Source of the DNA: Myxococcota bacterium
Lineage (GTDB): Bacteria; Myxococcota_A; Polyangia; Polyangiales; Sandaracinaceae
DNA length: 25,344 bases
Direction of reading: 5' to 3'
NCBI GenBank assembly: GCA_036149055.1
Contig: JAYZQJ010000213.1
Span: forward strand, 1-25,344
Shown: piece by piece, positions 1 to 7,941 of the stretch
Layout of the letters: each line of letters starts with the position of its first letter
Position numbering within the stretch: the stretch's first letter is position 1
The notes under the pieces: generated by a model
The model's input: only the letters and a program-made list of their open reading frames with translations
The model's database searches: none
Told to the model about the DNA's origin: nothing
Position numbers and translations under genes: made by a program

Positions 1-119
1 TGGCGCGTGCGGCGACCTCGCTGCGCTCGTCGCCTGCCGTCGTCTCGGGTCACTGTCGTGGAAGCGGGCGGGGGTGCCCCGGCGCCATTAGTTGCCACCT
101 CTCGAGCCCCACGCGAGGC

Positions 120-552
120 GCTGTCGTCGACACCCCAACGACCCGCCACAACCTGGCGAGCCTCCACCCCGCCGCCAGCTCGTCCCTCTGCGCTCTGCGT
201 CTCTGCGAGAGCAAAAAAGCTGTCGACGAGACAGCAACGACCCGCCAAGACGCGGCGAGCCTCCACCCCGCCCCCAGCTCGCCCCTCTGCGACCCTGCGT
301 CTCTGCGAGAGCAAAAAGGCTGTCGACGAGACAGCAACGCCCGGCCCAACGCGGCGAGCCTCCACCCCGCCGCCAGCCCGCCCCTTGGCGTCTTCGCGTC
401 TTTGCGAGAGAAAAAAGGCGGCCGCCGACACCCCAACGACCGCCAAAACGCGGCGAGCCTCCACCCCGCCGCCAGCTCGTCCCTCTGCGTCTCTGCGAGA
501 GAAAAAAGCTGTCGACGAGACAGCCCAGCGCGCCCTGGCGTCTCTGCGAGAG
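120..552. repeat. Degenerate tandem repeat, about 4.4 copies of a 99-bp unit
   Basis: Anchor GCGAGCCTCCACCCCGCC starts at 156, 255, 354 and 453 (period exactly 99). Each unit also carries a GCGTCT(C/T)TGCGAGAG motif and an A-tract; a partial extra motif lies near 536-552. Confidence 0.93.
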
Positions 553-569
553 CGAGGAGCCTCCGAGGC

Positions 570-1934
570 CTACTTGCGGCGCTCGCGCGCCCGGCGCCGC
601 AGGGCATCCTCGCCGACGAGGCCCTTGCGCTCGTCGAGCAGCATCGCGCCGCCGTCGCGCTGCGCGATCGCCCGGACCGCCGCCTCGACGACCTTCACCA
701 GGGTCGCGCGCTCGGCGTCGGCGCCCTCGGGCAGCACGAGGTTGCGGTAGCTGAGGTCGAAGCTGCGGCTGCGGGCGAGCGCGGGTCGATCCTCGCTGCG
801 CTTGGTCAGGACCACGTCGACGCTCGCCTCGCCCGCGCGGAACCGGAAGGTGCAGCGACGTCGGTCGAGGAGCAGCCCCTCGAGCTCCGCGCCGAGCGGC
901 TCGGCCACGCCGTCGACCAGCGCGCGCCAGGCCGGGTGGTCGGCGCTCGGCGCCGCGTCGCGGGCGCCTCGCGGATCGTCGCTGCCGAAGGCCAGGCCGT
1001 CCTCGGGCTCGCGCCACGGGGTCGTCCGCGGGGTCGGCACCAGGCGATCCGTCTCCCAGCCGTACTTGTGCACGTACTCGTGGGTCAGGCCGAGGCAGGC
1101 CTCGCCGTGCTCGCACTTCGCCTCGTAGAGGCAGGCGAACTTCGGGTAGAGGTCGTAGAACTCCTCGACGATCACCACGTCCGGCTGGGTGTTGTCGATG
1201 AGGTGCCCGTGCCGGCCGAGGGCGCAGCGGGGCACGTACTTCACCGCGCAGTCGACGCCGCGCGCCTCCGCCCGATCGAGCGCCGCGATCATCGCCGGGC
1301 CCAGCCGCGAGAGCGGCGCGATGAGGCCACGCTCGTCCGCCTTGTCCTCCATCGGCAGGTAGTTCCACCACTCCATGCGCGCCGGCTCGAGCGGGGCCAC
1401 GGTGTCCACGATCCGCGCGAGGTGATCGACGTTGAGCGTCGTCAGCACGGTGTTGGTCAGGATCGTCACCCCGAGCGCGCGCAGGTTGGTCAGCCCCGCC
1501 CACGCCTCCTCGAACGATCCCTCCCGCTGCGAGATGTAGTCCTGGGTGGCCGCGTCCGGGCCGTGCAGCGAGACGAAGAACTCGTCGACGCCGGCCTCGA
1601 CGAGGCGCTCGGCGAACGCACGATCGGCGAGGCGCCGCCCGTTGGTCTGCAGCCGGATGTGCTCGAAGCCGCCGCGCTCCCGGGCGACGCGCAGGTAGTC
1701 GAAGAGGCGCTTCTCGAGCGTGACCTCGCCGCCGGTGAAGGTGACGCGGCGGTACCGCGGCGCCTTGCCGTTCTCGTCCACCGCCTGCTCGAAGCGCTCG
1801 AAGGGCACCCCCTTGTAGAGGTTCATGCCCTCCTGGACGATGCAGAAGCGGCAGGCGGAGTGACAGTGGAAGTCCACCGTCACCGTCAGGTCCTCGAAGC
1901 GCGTCGGCTCGAAGCGGCCCTTATAGCTCTGCAT
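570..1934 (-). CDS. Radical SAM protein (HxsC/MoaA-like, auxiliary Cys cluster) with an extra C-terminal domain
   Basis: CHSACRFC (CxxxCxxC), TFTGGEVT, LQTNGRRL, VSLHG motifs. C-terminal PRC...CLYEAKCEHGEACLG...Y...YG Cys motif, then about 130 extra residues. Starts 3 bp after the upstream stop. Confidence 0.93.
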   Translation of the reverse strand: MQSYKGRFEPTRFEDLTVTVDFHCHSACRFCIVQEGMNLYKGVPFERFEQAVDENGKAPRYRRVTFTGGEVTLEKRLFDYLRVARERGGFEHIRLQTNGRRLADRAFAERLVEAGVDEFFVSLHGPDAATQDYISQREGSFEEAWAGLTNLRALGVTILTNTVLTTLNVDHLARIVDTVAPLEPARMEWWNYLPMEDKADERGLIAPLSRLGPAMIAALDRAEARGVDCAVKYVPRCALGRHGHLIDNTQPDVVIVEEFYDLYPKFACLYEAKCEHGEACLGLTHEYVHKYGWETDRLVPTPRTTPWREPEDGLAFGSDDPRGARDAAPSADHPAWRALVDGVAEPLGAELEGLLLDRRRCTFRFRAGEASVDVVLTKRSEDRPALARSRSFDLSYRNLVLPEGADAERATLVKVVEAAVRAIAQRDGGAMLLDERKGLVGEDALRRRARERRK

Positions 1935-1937
1935 GGA

Positions 1938-2792
1938 TCAGATGGTCCCGTAGAAGCTCGTCTTCGTCGCGCGCGCCTCGGCGCCGCGCATCTCGAAGTC
2001 GAGCCCCACGTCGAAGTAGAGGTGATCGAGCTCCGCCGCGTGGGCCCGGGTGAAGTCCACCAGGGAGCGCGGCCAGCCGCGCCGCTCGAGGAACCAGAGC
2101 AGCGCGTCCACGTCGATCCCGGAGTAGTAGACGCCGTCGCGCAGCCGCTTCTTCGCCACGCAGACTCGCTTGCAAGCGAACAGCTCGGGCGGCATCACCT
2201 CCGCGAGCACCCGCGGATCCTCGTAGTCGAGGAAGAGGCTGCTCCGCAGCAGGCCGAGCACGGTGTCGATCTCCGGCTTCGGGCGGAGGAAGCGGTAGGT
2301 GTTGGCGAGCTCGCGGCGGTCCTCGCGCACCACGTAGGAGCGACCCTCGTGGGCGTCGGTCCCGGTCAGGTAGAGGTTCAGCTCGCGGACCTCGCCCGAC
2401 GCGAGGATCTCCGCGTCGAGGTCGAAGCTGACCATCATGTAGGGCACCGTCTCCCGGACGCGCGGCAGGATTCTGAGGTGCGGCGCGAGCAGCTCGGTCA
2501 GCCCGCTCACCGTCGCCCGCGGGTCCTCCTTCTGCGGGTCGTAGACGTAGAGCTCGAAGAAGAGCCGCTCGCCGTCGTGCTTGGCGCCCCAGACGACCAT
2601 GTCGCGGCCGAGGCCCTCGATCAGCGCCTCGAGCGCGGGCCAGGCGGCCTCCCGGAGGCCGGCGAGCTCGAGCGTGTGCAGGAGCAGGTTGTCCGCGCGC
2701 AGCTTGCCCTCGGGCGGCCGCCGCGGCCGGTAGGGCTGGAGGCAGTAATCGAAGTAGCGGTCGCCCGCTGCGCTGCGGCGGAGCTCAGGCAC
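1938..2792 (-). CDS. Hypothetical protein, predicted ABBA/PT-barrel-like fold
   Basis: 284-aa ORF with normal composition; its start overlaps the stop of the upstream rSAM gene. Ten short beta-like segments occur in five hairpin pairs separated by helices. The CDS is well supported; the fold is inference. Confidence 0.85.
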   Translation of the reverse strand: MPELRRSAAGDRYFDYCLQPYRPRRPPEGKLRADNLLLHTLELAGLREAAWPALEALIEGLGRDMVVWGAKHDGERLFFELYVYDPQKEDPRATVSGLTELLAPHLRILPRVRETVPYMMVSFDLDAEILASGEVRELNLYLTGTDAHEGRSYVVREDRRELANTYRFLRPKPEIDTVLGLLRSSLFLDYEDPRVLAEVMPPELFACKRVCVAKKRLRDGVYYSGIDVDALLWFLERRGWPRSLVDFTRAHAAELDHLYFDVGLDFEMRGAEARATKTSFYGTI

Positions 2793-4431
2793 TCTGGAGC
2801 AGCGGCAGGGCGTCGGGGTGAACGGCGGCGATCACGTGGCGCAGGCGCTCGGCCTCGAGCCGGCTGACCTCGCCGCGGTGCGAGTAGGCGAGGCCGTCCT
2901 TGGCCTCGAAGCGGGGGCGGCCCTCCTCGGCCCGGACGACCTCGAGGGTGACGCGCCCCTCGGGCGAGTCGAGATCGAAGAAGAGGCCGTCGTGCTGGTT
3001 GCGGATCGTGCGGAGACGCCACCCGCCGACCGCGCGGACCCGCTCGCGCACCGCCTCGACGAGCTCGGGATCGACCGCGATCACCGACCGGTCGGCGACG
3101 TCGTCGATGGTGCGCGGCCCGGGACGCTGCTCGGCGCGCCGCCTCACCTGGAAGCCGGCCCAGTGATCGGCCACCACCGCGTTCTCGTGCTGCAGCGACA
3201 CGCGCTTCACGTGGTCGAGCTCGCGGCGCAGGTCCTCCGGCGACCAGCCCGCGCACGAGCGGATGAGCCAGGTCTCGGGATCGAAGTCCACCTTCAGCGC
3301 GGGATCGGAGCGGTCGAGCAGCGCGTCGGGCAGGACGAGCGTCCAGAACACCCGCACCGAGTCGGCGATCTCGACCGCCTTCTCGAAGGTGCGGCGGAAG
3401 GACTTCGGGTTGTCGCCGGGGAGGCCGAGCATCAGCTCGAGCTCGATCGGCCAGTGCTCCCGGACCACGTCGCACACCCGCTCGAAGCGCTCGAGGTCGA
3501 AGGGCCGGCCGAGCCCGTGCAGCACGTCCGCGTCGAAGCTCTGCACGCCGATCGCCACCTGACAGCGCCCGAACGAGGTCAACAGCTCCACGTGCTCGTC
3601 GCGCAGGAAGGTCGGGTAGAGGTGCCCGTGGACCAGGCTCTCCTTGAGCACGCCGGTCTGCCGCTCCGCCTCGGCGAGGCTCCGGAACGCGCGCGGGCTG
3701 AGGTTGAAGGCGGCGTCGAGGCAGAAGATGTTCGGCACCTCGGCGCGGCGCAGGCCCTCGAGGTGACGCGCGAGGTACTCGGCCGAGTGCACCCGGTCGG
3801 CGCGCTGCTCGCCCCACTGACAGAAGTTGCAGTGGATCGGGCAGCCCCGGTACGTCTCGAGGTAGCCGGTGAAGCCGTGGGGCGCGATGTCGAGCTGGTA
3901 GGGCGTCGGGTAGGCCTCGATGTCGACCCGCTCGACCGCCCCGGTGCTCTTCCAGCCCAGGGCGTGCGGCACGAGCAGGCCGGGCATCGCGGTCCAGCCC
4001 TCGCGGCGGTGCTCGCGCACGATGTCGCGGAAGATGCCCTCGCCCTCTCCGGTCACCGCCGCGTCGACGGTGTTCTTCAGGTCGGCGTAGGGCGGCAGCG
4101 CGAACACCGAGGTGCGCGCCTGCGGGCCGCCGATGACGATCTGCACCGAAGGATCCCAGCGCTTCAGCTTGGCGGCGAGATCCCGGAACGGGCCGATCGA
4201 CCAGAGATAGACCGACGCCGCCACGAGGGTGGGCCGGAAGTCGACGATCGCCTCGAAGAAGGCCTCCGGATCTCGCTCGCGGAGATCGATGACTTTCACC
4301 TCGACGTCGTCGAACGTGGGGTCGGCGCGCAGCGACGCCTCGAGCTTGCGCACCGAGTAGGTGAACGGGGTGAAGTCGCCGCTGGGATCCTCCCAGACCG
4401 GATCGACGGACACCAATGCGACTCGCGTCAC
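2785..4431 (-). CDS. Cobalamin (B12)-binding radical SAM protein with an extra C-terminal domain
   Basis: N-terminal B12-binding Rossmann motifs (LVAASVYLWS, IVIGGPQA, VTGEGEG), ETYRGCPIHCNFCQW, IGVQSFD, LMLGLPGD. GTG start overlaps the upstream TGA (GTGA). Confidence 0.93.
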   Translation of the reverse strand: MTRVALVSVDPVWEDPSGDFTPFTYSVRKLEASLRADPTFDDVEVKVIDLRERDPEAFFEAIVDFRPTLVAASVYLWSIGPFRDLAAKLKRWDPSVQIVIGGPQARTSVFALPPYADLKNTVDAAVTGEGEGIFRDIVREHRREGWTAMPGLLVPHALGWKSTGAVERVDIEAYPTPYQLDIAPHGFTGYLETYRGCPIHCNFCQWGEQRADRVHSAEYLARHLEGLRRAEVPNIFCLDAAFNLSPRAFRSLAEAERQTGVLKESLVHGHLYPTFLRDEHVELLTSFGRCQVAIGVQSFDADVLHGLGRPFDLERFERVCDVVREHWPIELELMLGLPGDNPKSFRRTFEKAVEIADSVRVFWTLVLPDALLDRSDPALKVDFDPETWLIRSCAGWSPEDLRRELDHVKRVSLQHENAVVADHWAGFQVRRRAEQRPGPRTIDDVADRSVIAVDPELVEAVRERVRAVGGWRLRTIRNQHDGLFFDLDSPEGRVTLEVVRAEEGRPRFEAKDGLAYSHRGEVSRLEAERLRHVIAAVHPDALPLLQSA

Positions 4432-5153
4432 GGGGAGATCCTACCGGCGAGGCTGCGGTCCAGCCAGGGCGGCTCCGGCGCGCCCGCCGCCGCGAAGTAG
4501 CAGCCCACCAGGAGCCGCAGCCCGGGCCTCCTCAGGGACCGCGCCGCGTGCCAGGTGCACTGCTCGAGGGCGACCAGATCGCCGGCGCGCGGGCGGAGCT
4601 CGATCATGCCCGGCCAGACCTCGTCGTCGAGCGGGTGCGGCGGCGCGGTGGGCTCGCCCTCGCGCCGCGGGTGCACGTAGAGCGGGCCGGTCTCGTCGTC
4701 GAGGTCGTCGAGGTAGAGCAGCGTCAGGACGCGCTCGGTCCGGGGGCGCGCCGGCCACTCGCCGCGCTGCACCCGCTGCCCCTCCTCCTCGCCGTCGATG
4801 TGGGTGTGCCAGGAGAAGAACGGCCGGCGCCGGTCGCTCGCCACCGCGCCGGCGAGCTCGAGGCGCACATCCGGGCCGAGGGTCTCTCGCATCGCGTCGA
4901 TCAATCGCGGCGCGAGCACCCGCGGCGCGAGCGCGGGCCGGGCGTCGAGCAGGCGGCTGATCGCGAGCCCGGTCGAGGTGACCGCGACCGTCTCGGAGAC
5001 CTGCACGGTGCTCGCCGCGAAGAAGCCGGGCGGATCGAGCTCGGCGATCAGCGCCTCGATCTCGGCGCGCAGCGCGGCCGTCTCCTCGCGGTCGAGGAGG
5101 CCCTCGAGGATGGCGTAGCCCTGCTCCCGGATCTGCGCGCGCACCGGGCGCAT
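4428..5153 (-). CDS. Phytanoyl-CoA dioxygenase (PhyH)-family Fe(II)/2-oxoglutarate oxygenase
   Basis: C-terminal part of ORF 4428..6584: EQGYAILEGLL, WHTHID, LYLDD...GPLYVHP, AGDLVAL...TWHAA and a terminal Arg (GLRLL). Start is ATG 5153, or GTG 5144 if leaderless. Confidence 0.88.
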   Translation of the reverse strand: MRPVRAQIREQGYAILEGLLDREETAALRAEIEALIAELDPPGFFAASTVQVSETVAVTSTGLAISRLLDARPALAPRVLAPRLIDAMRETLGPDVRLELAGAVASDRRRPFFSWHTHIDGEEEGQRVQRGEWPARPRTERVLTLLYLDDLDDETGPLYVHPRREGEPTAPPHPLDDEVWPGMIELRPRAGDLVALEQCTWHAARSLRRPGLRLLVGCYFAAAGAPEPPWLDRSLAGRISP

Positions 5154-5161
5154 TATAGACT
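5152..5161. promoter_or_regulatory. Overlapping divergent -10 elements (bidirectional, leaderless-type promoter)
   Basis: Minus strand TATAAT (5157-5152) lies 7 nt before in-frame GTG 5144; plus strand TAGACT (5156-5161) lies 7 nt before in-frame GTG 5169. This is the only AT-rich patch locally and there is no SD sequence. Confidence 0.65.
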
Positions 5162-5168
5162 CTCCGCC

Positions 5169-6158
5169 GTGCGCACCGCTCGGATCGCCGCCGCGTTCGA
5201 CCGCCTCGAGGCGACCCGGGGTCTCTCCGGCGCGCGGGCCGGGAGCGACGAGGCCGGGCTGTGGGTCCGCGCCGGCGACGAGCGCTTCGAGGCGCACCCC
5301 GGCGGCTGGCGGAGCCGAGCCCCGATCGACGAGGAGACCCGCGCCGCGCTCGACGGCCTGCGCGAGGCGCTCCGGGTGACGCCGCCGCGGTCCGAGGCGC
5401 TCGATCGACGCAGCGCGACGCGGCTGCTGGGCGACGACGGCCCGCGGCTCGCCGAGACCGTCGAGGCGTTCGCGGAGTGCTACGGCCAGCCGCTCGTGGC
5501 GGTGTTCCTCGAGGGCGACCCGGTCCCGTCGATCCGCTTCCCGGCCGTCGCGCCGGAACAGGAGCTGCTGATGTACGCGCCGCCGCCCTTCCGCGAGGAC
5601 GCGCGAATGCAAGCCTACCTGCTGGACCTCGGCTTCGAGGTGGATCGGGGCTGCCGCGTCTCCACCGTGCCGCTGCCGGCGTCGTTCGCGCGGCGCCGGG
5701 CCAGGCTGGAGGCGCGCGGCGGGCTGCGGCCGGAGCTGGTCCCGCTGCGCTGGCCGCTCTTCTCTCCCGCCGCGTGGCTGCGAGAGATCGCGCGCGGGGT
5801 CATCCCGGTGAACGTGAACGGTCGCCTCGGCGGGTGGCTCGCGCGGCTGGCGCGGCTGCCGGTGCCGGGGGCCACGCGCGCCTACCTCAACAATCACTTC
5901 CACGCGCTCGGGCACGACGTGGGGCTGCACGGGCTCGCGCTCCATCGGGTGCCGGCGCCGGCGATGGCCGAGCTGCGGCGGCTGGCGCGGGGGGCCCGCA
6001 GCGTGGAGCGCGCGGCTCGGTTCTTCGAGGAGACGCTCACCCGCGCCTGCGTGGATCTCTGGGCCGAGGTGCGTCGCCCGGAGGAGTTCGCCCCGCGCTT
6101 CGAGCGGGCGTTCGGAGGGCTCCGGCGTGAGCTCGCCCATGAGGCCGGCCTTGCCTGA
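5169..6158 (+). CDS. Hypothetical protein with a His-rich putative metal-binding motif
   Basis: C-terminal part of ORF 4416..6158 starting at GTG 5169, divergent from the dioxygenase. Contains HFHALGHDVGLHGLALH. Its 3' end overlaps the next gene. Confidence 0.78.
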   Translation: MRTARIAAAFDRLEATRGLSGARAGSDEAGLWVRAGDERFEAHPGGWRSRAPIDEETRAALDGLREALRVTPPRSEALDRRSATRLLGDDGPRLAETVEAFAECYGQPLVAVFLEGDPVPSIRFPAVAPEQELLMYAPPPFREDARMQAYLLDLGFEVDRGCRVSTVPLPASFARRRARLEARGGLRPELVPLRWPLFSPAAWLREIARGVIPVNVNGRLGGWLARLARLPVPGATRAYLNNHFHALGHDVGLHGLALHRVPAPAMAELRRLARGARSVERAARFFEETLTRACVDLWAEVRRPEEFAPRFERAFGGLRRELAHEAGLA

Positions 6159-7923
6159 CGTCGCCCGGGTCCGCACCAACGAGACCTGCAACCAGAACTG
6201 CGCGTTCTGCGACCGCCGATCGCCGCGCGAGGACCGCGCCTTCGTGCGGGACGCGGCCGCGCGCATCGACGCCGCCGACGCCGAGACGCTGATCCTCACC
6301 GGCGGCGAGCCCACCCTCCGGCGCGACCTGGCCGCGCTGATCGCGCGCGCCGACGCCCGCACGGTGGTGCTCGAGACGAACGCCGCGCTCGTCGACGAGG
6401 CCCGAGCCCGACAGCTCGCCGAGGCCGGCCTCGACGTGGCGCGGGTGCACCTCCCGGCGTGGGGCGACGCGCTCGACGCGATCACCCGCGACCCGGGCGG
6501 CTTCGAGGCCACGGTGCGCGGCGTACGCGCGCTCCACGCGGCGGGCGTCCGGGTGGAGGCGTCGGCCCCGATCGTGCGCGCCAACGCGGCGCTGCTGCCG
6601 TCGCTGCCGGAGCAGCTGACCGCTCTCCCGGTGCAGGCGCTGCACGTGCTCGCCCCGACGCGGGCGCCCGATCCGTCGACGCTGCTGCCCCTGCCGGAGG
6701 CGGCCCGGGTGCTCGAGCGGGTCGCCGACGCGGCCCGGCGGGTGGAGCTGCCGCTCAGCCTCGACCCGCACGCGAGCGTGCCGCCGTGTCTCCTGGAGCG
6801 CCCGGCCCGTCACGCGCACCTCTACTCGCTGACGCCCGGCGGCCGCACCAGGCCGGGGCACCGCCAGCTCGAGGCGTGCGACGGCTGCCGGGTCTCGGAT
6901 CGCTGCCCGGGTGTGCCGGAGCACCTGGCCGCGTCGCTCGACGGAGCGCTGCGACCGATCGACGGCGACCGGGTGCGCCGGCGCCTCAGCCTGATCTCGA
7001 CGCCCGAGGCGCAGGTCGCCCGCGAGCTCTACCAGGACGAGATCCTCCGCCCCGCCGGCCAGGCCGCGCGCCCCGTGCGCACGGTGCGCATCGGCTTCCG
7101 CTGCAACCAGGCCTGCGCCTTCTGCTTCGTCTCCACCCACCTCCCCTCGGCGCCGCGCGCGGACGTCGAGCGCGCCATCCTCGAAGCCGCGCGCGAGGGA
7201 GCCGCGATCGCGATCAGCGGCGGAGAGCCCACCCTCGATCCCGCGCTCCCCGAGTACGTGCGGCTCGCCAAGGACGCGGGCGCGGACTTCGTCGAGATCC
7301 AGAGCAACGCGACCCGGGTCGACGACGCGCTCGCTGCCTCCCTTCGGAGCGCCGGCGCCGACGTGATTCACGTCTCCTTGCACGCCGCCGACGCCGCCCT
7401 CTCGGACGCGATCACCGACGCGCCCGGCACCTTCGACCAGACGGTCCGCGGCCTCGACGCGCTGCACGCCGCGGGGCTCCGCCTCCGGCTCAGCTACGTC
7501 TTCCACCGCCGCAACCTCGCCGCGTTCACCGACCTGATCGAGCTCGCCGCCTCGCGCTGGCCGGGCACGAGCGTCGCCGTCTCCTTCGTCGCGCCGTCGA
7601 CCGACCTCGTGCCGCGCACCGAGGCCCTCATCCCGCGCTACCGGGAGGTCATGCCGCACCTCGCCGCCGGCATCCGGATCGCGCGCGACCGCGGCGTCGC
7701 GCTCAGCGGCTTCGAGTCGCTCTGCGGCGTCCCCCTCTGCCTCGCCCCGCCCGACCTCCTCGACGTCTTCGCCGTCGCCGAGGTCGACGACGGCTACACC
7801 GACGGCGAGACCCTCCACCCGGCCCCGTGCGACGACTGCGCCCTCCGCGCCCGCTGCTTCGGCGTCCGCCGAGGCTACGTCGAGCTCTACGGCACCGACG
7901 AGCTCTCCCCCCTCCCGCGGTGA
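6127..7923 (+). CDS. Tandem double radical SAM protein (two HxsC-like domains)
   Basis: Domain 1: CNQNCAFC, LTGGEPTL, LETNA, PPC...CDGCRVSDRCPG. Domain 2: CNQACAFC, ISGGEPTL, IQSNA, PLC...CDDCALRARCFG. SD-like GGAGGG at 6114-6119 before GTG 6127; alternative ATG at 6139. Confidence 0.93.
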   Translation: MSSPMRPALPDVARVRTNETCNQNCAFCDRRSPREDRAFVRDAAARIDAADAETLILTGGEPTLRRDLAALIARADARTVVLETNAALVDEARARQLAEAGLDVARVHLPAWGDALDAITRDPGGFEATVRGVRALHAAGVRVEASAPIVRANAALLPSLPEQLTALPVQALHVLAPTRAPDPSTLLPLPEAARVLERVADAARRVELPLSLDPHASVPPCLLERPARHAHLYSLTPGGRTRPGHRQLEACDGCRVSDRCPGVPEHLAASLDGALRPIDGDRVRRRLSLISTPEAQVARELYQDEILRPAGQAARPVRTVRIGFRCNQACAFCFVSTHLPSAPRADVERAILEAAREGAAIAISGGEPTLDPALPEYVRLAKDAGADFVEIQSNATRVDDALAASLRSAGADVIHVSLHAADAALSDAITDAPGTFDQTVRGLDALHAAGLRLRLSYVFHRRNLAAFTDLIELAASRWPGTSVAVSFVAPSTDLVPRTEALIPRYREVMPHLAAGIRIARDRGVALSGFESLCGVPLCLAPPDLLDVFAVAEVDDGYTDGETLHPAPCDDCALRARCFGVRRGYVELYGTDELSPLPR

Positions 7924-7941
7924 CCTCCACGAATTCGGACG

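Noticed and set aside
1..88. Possible minus-strand gene start (ATG 88 giving MAPGHPRPLPRQ, or GTG 53 running off the window)
   Set aside because: Too short or truncated to support a call.
120..552. CRISPR array interpretation of the 99-bp repeat
   Set aside because: The whole unit is repeated with degeneracy, there are no unique spacers, and no cas genes are present.
402..2867. Long plus-strand ORF (821 aa) and similar long antisense ORFs (2818..4500, 9091..10941, 17357..19105, 19241..20737, 21422..24616; minus 6037..7818)
   Set aside because: They are antisense shadows of genes with clear motifs, expected in very GC-rich DNA, and carry no recognisable domains.
570..7923. Assignment to the His-Xaa-Ser (hxs), PQQ, mycofactocin or MoaA pathways
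   Set aside because: The rSAM domains are only family-level similar. No HxS-repeat precursor, PqqA/D, MftA/B or moa genes are present.
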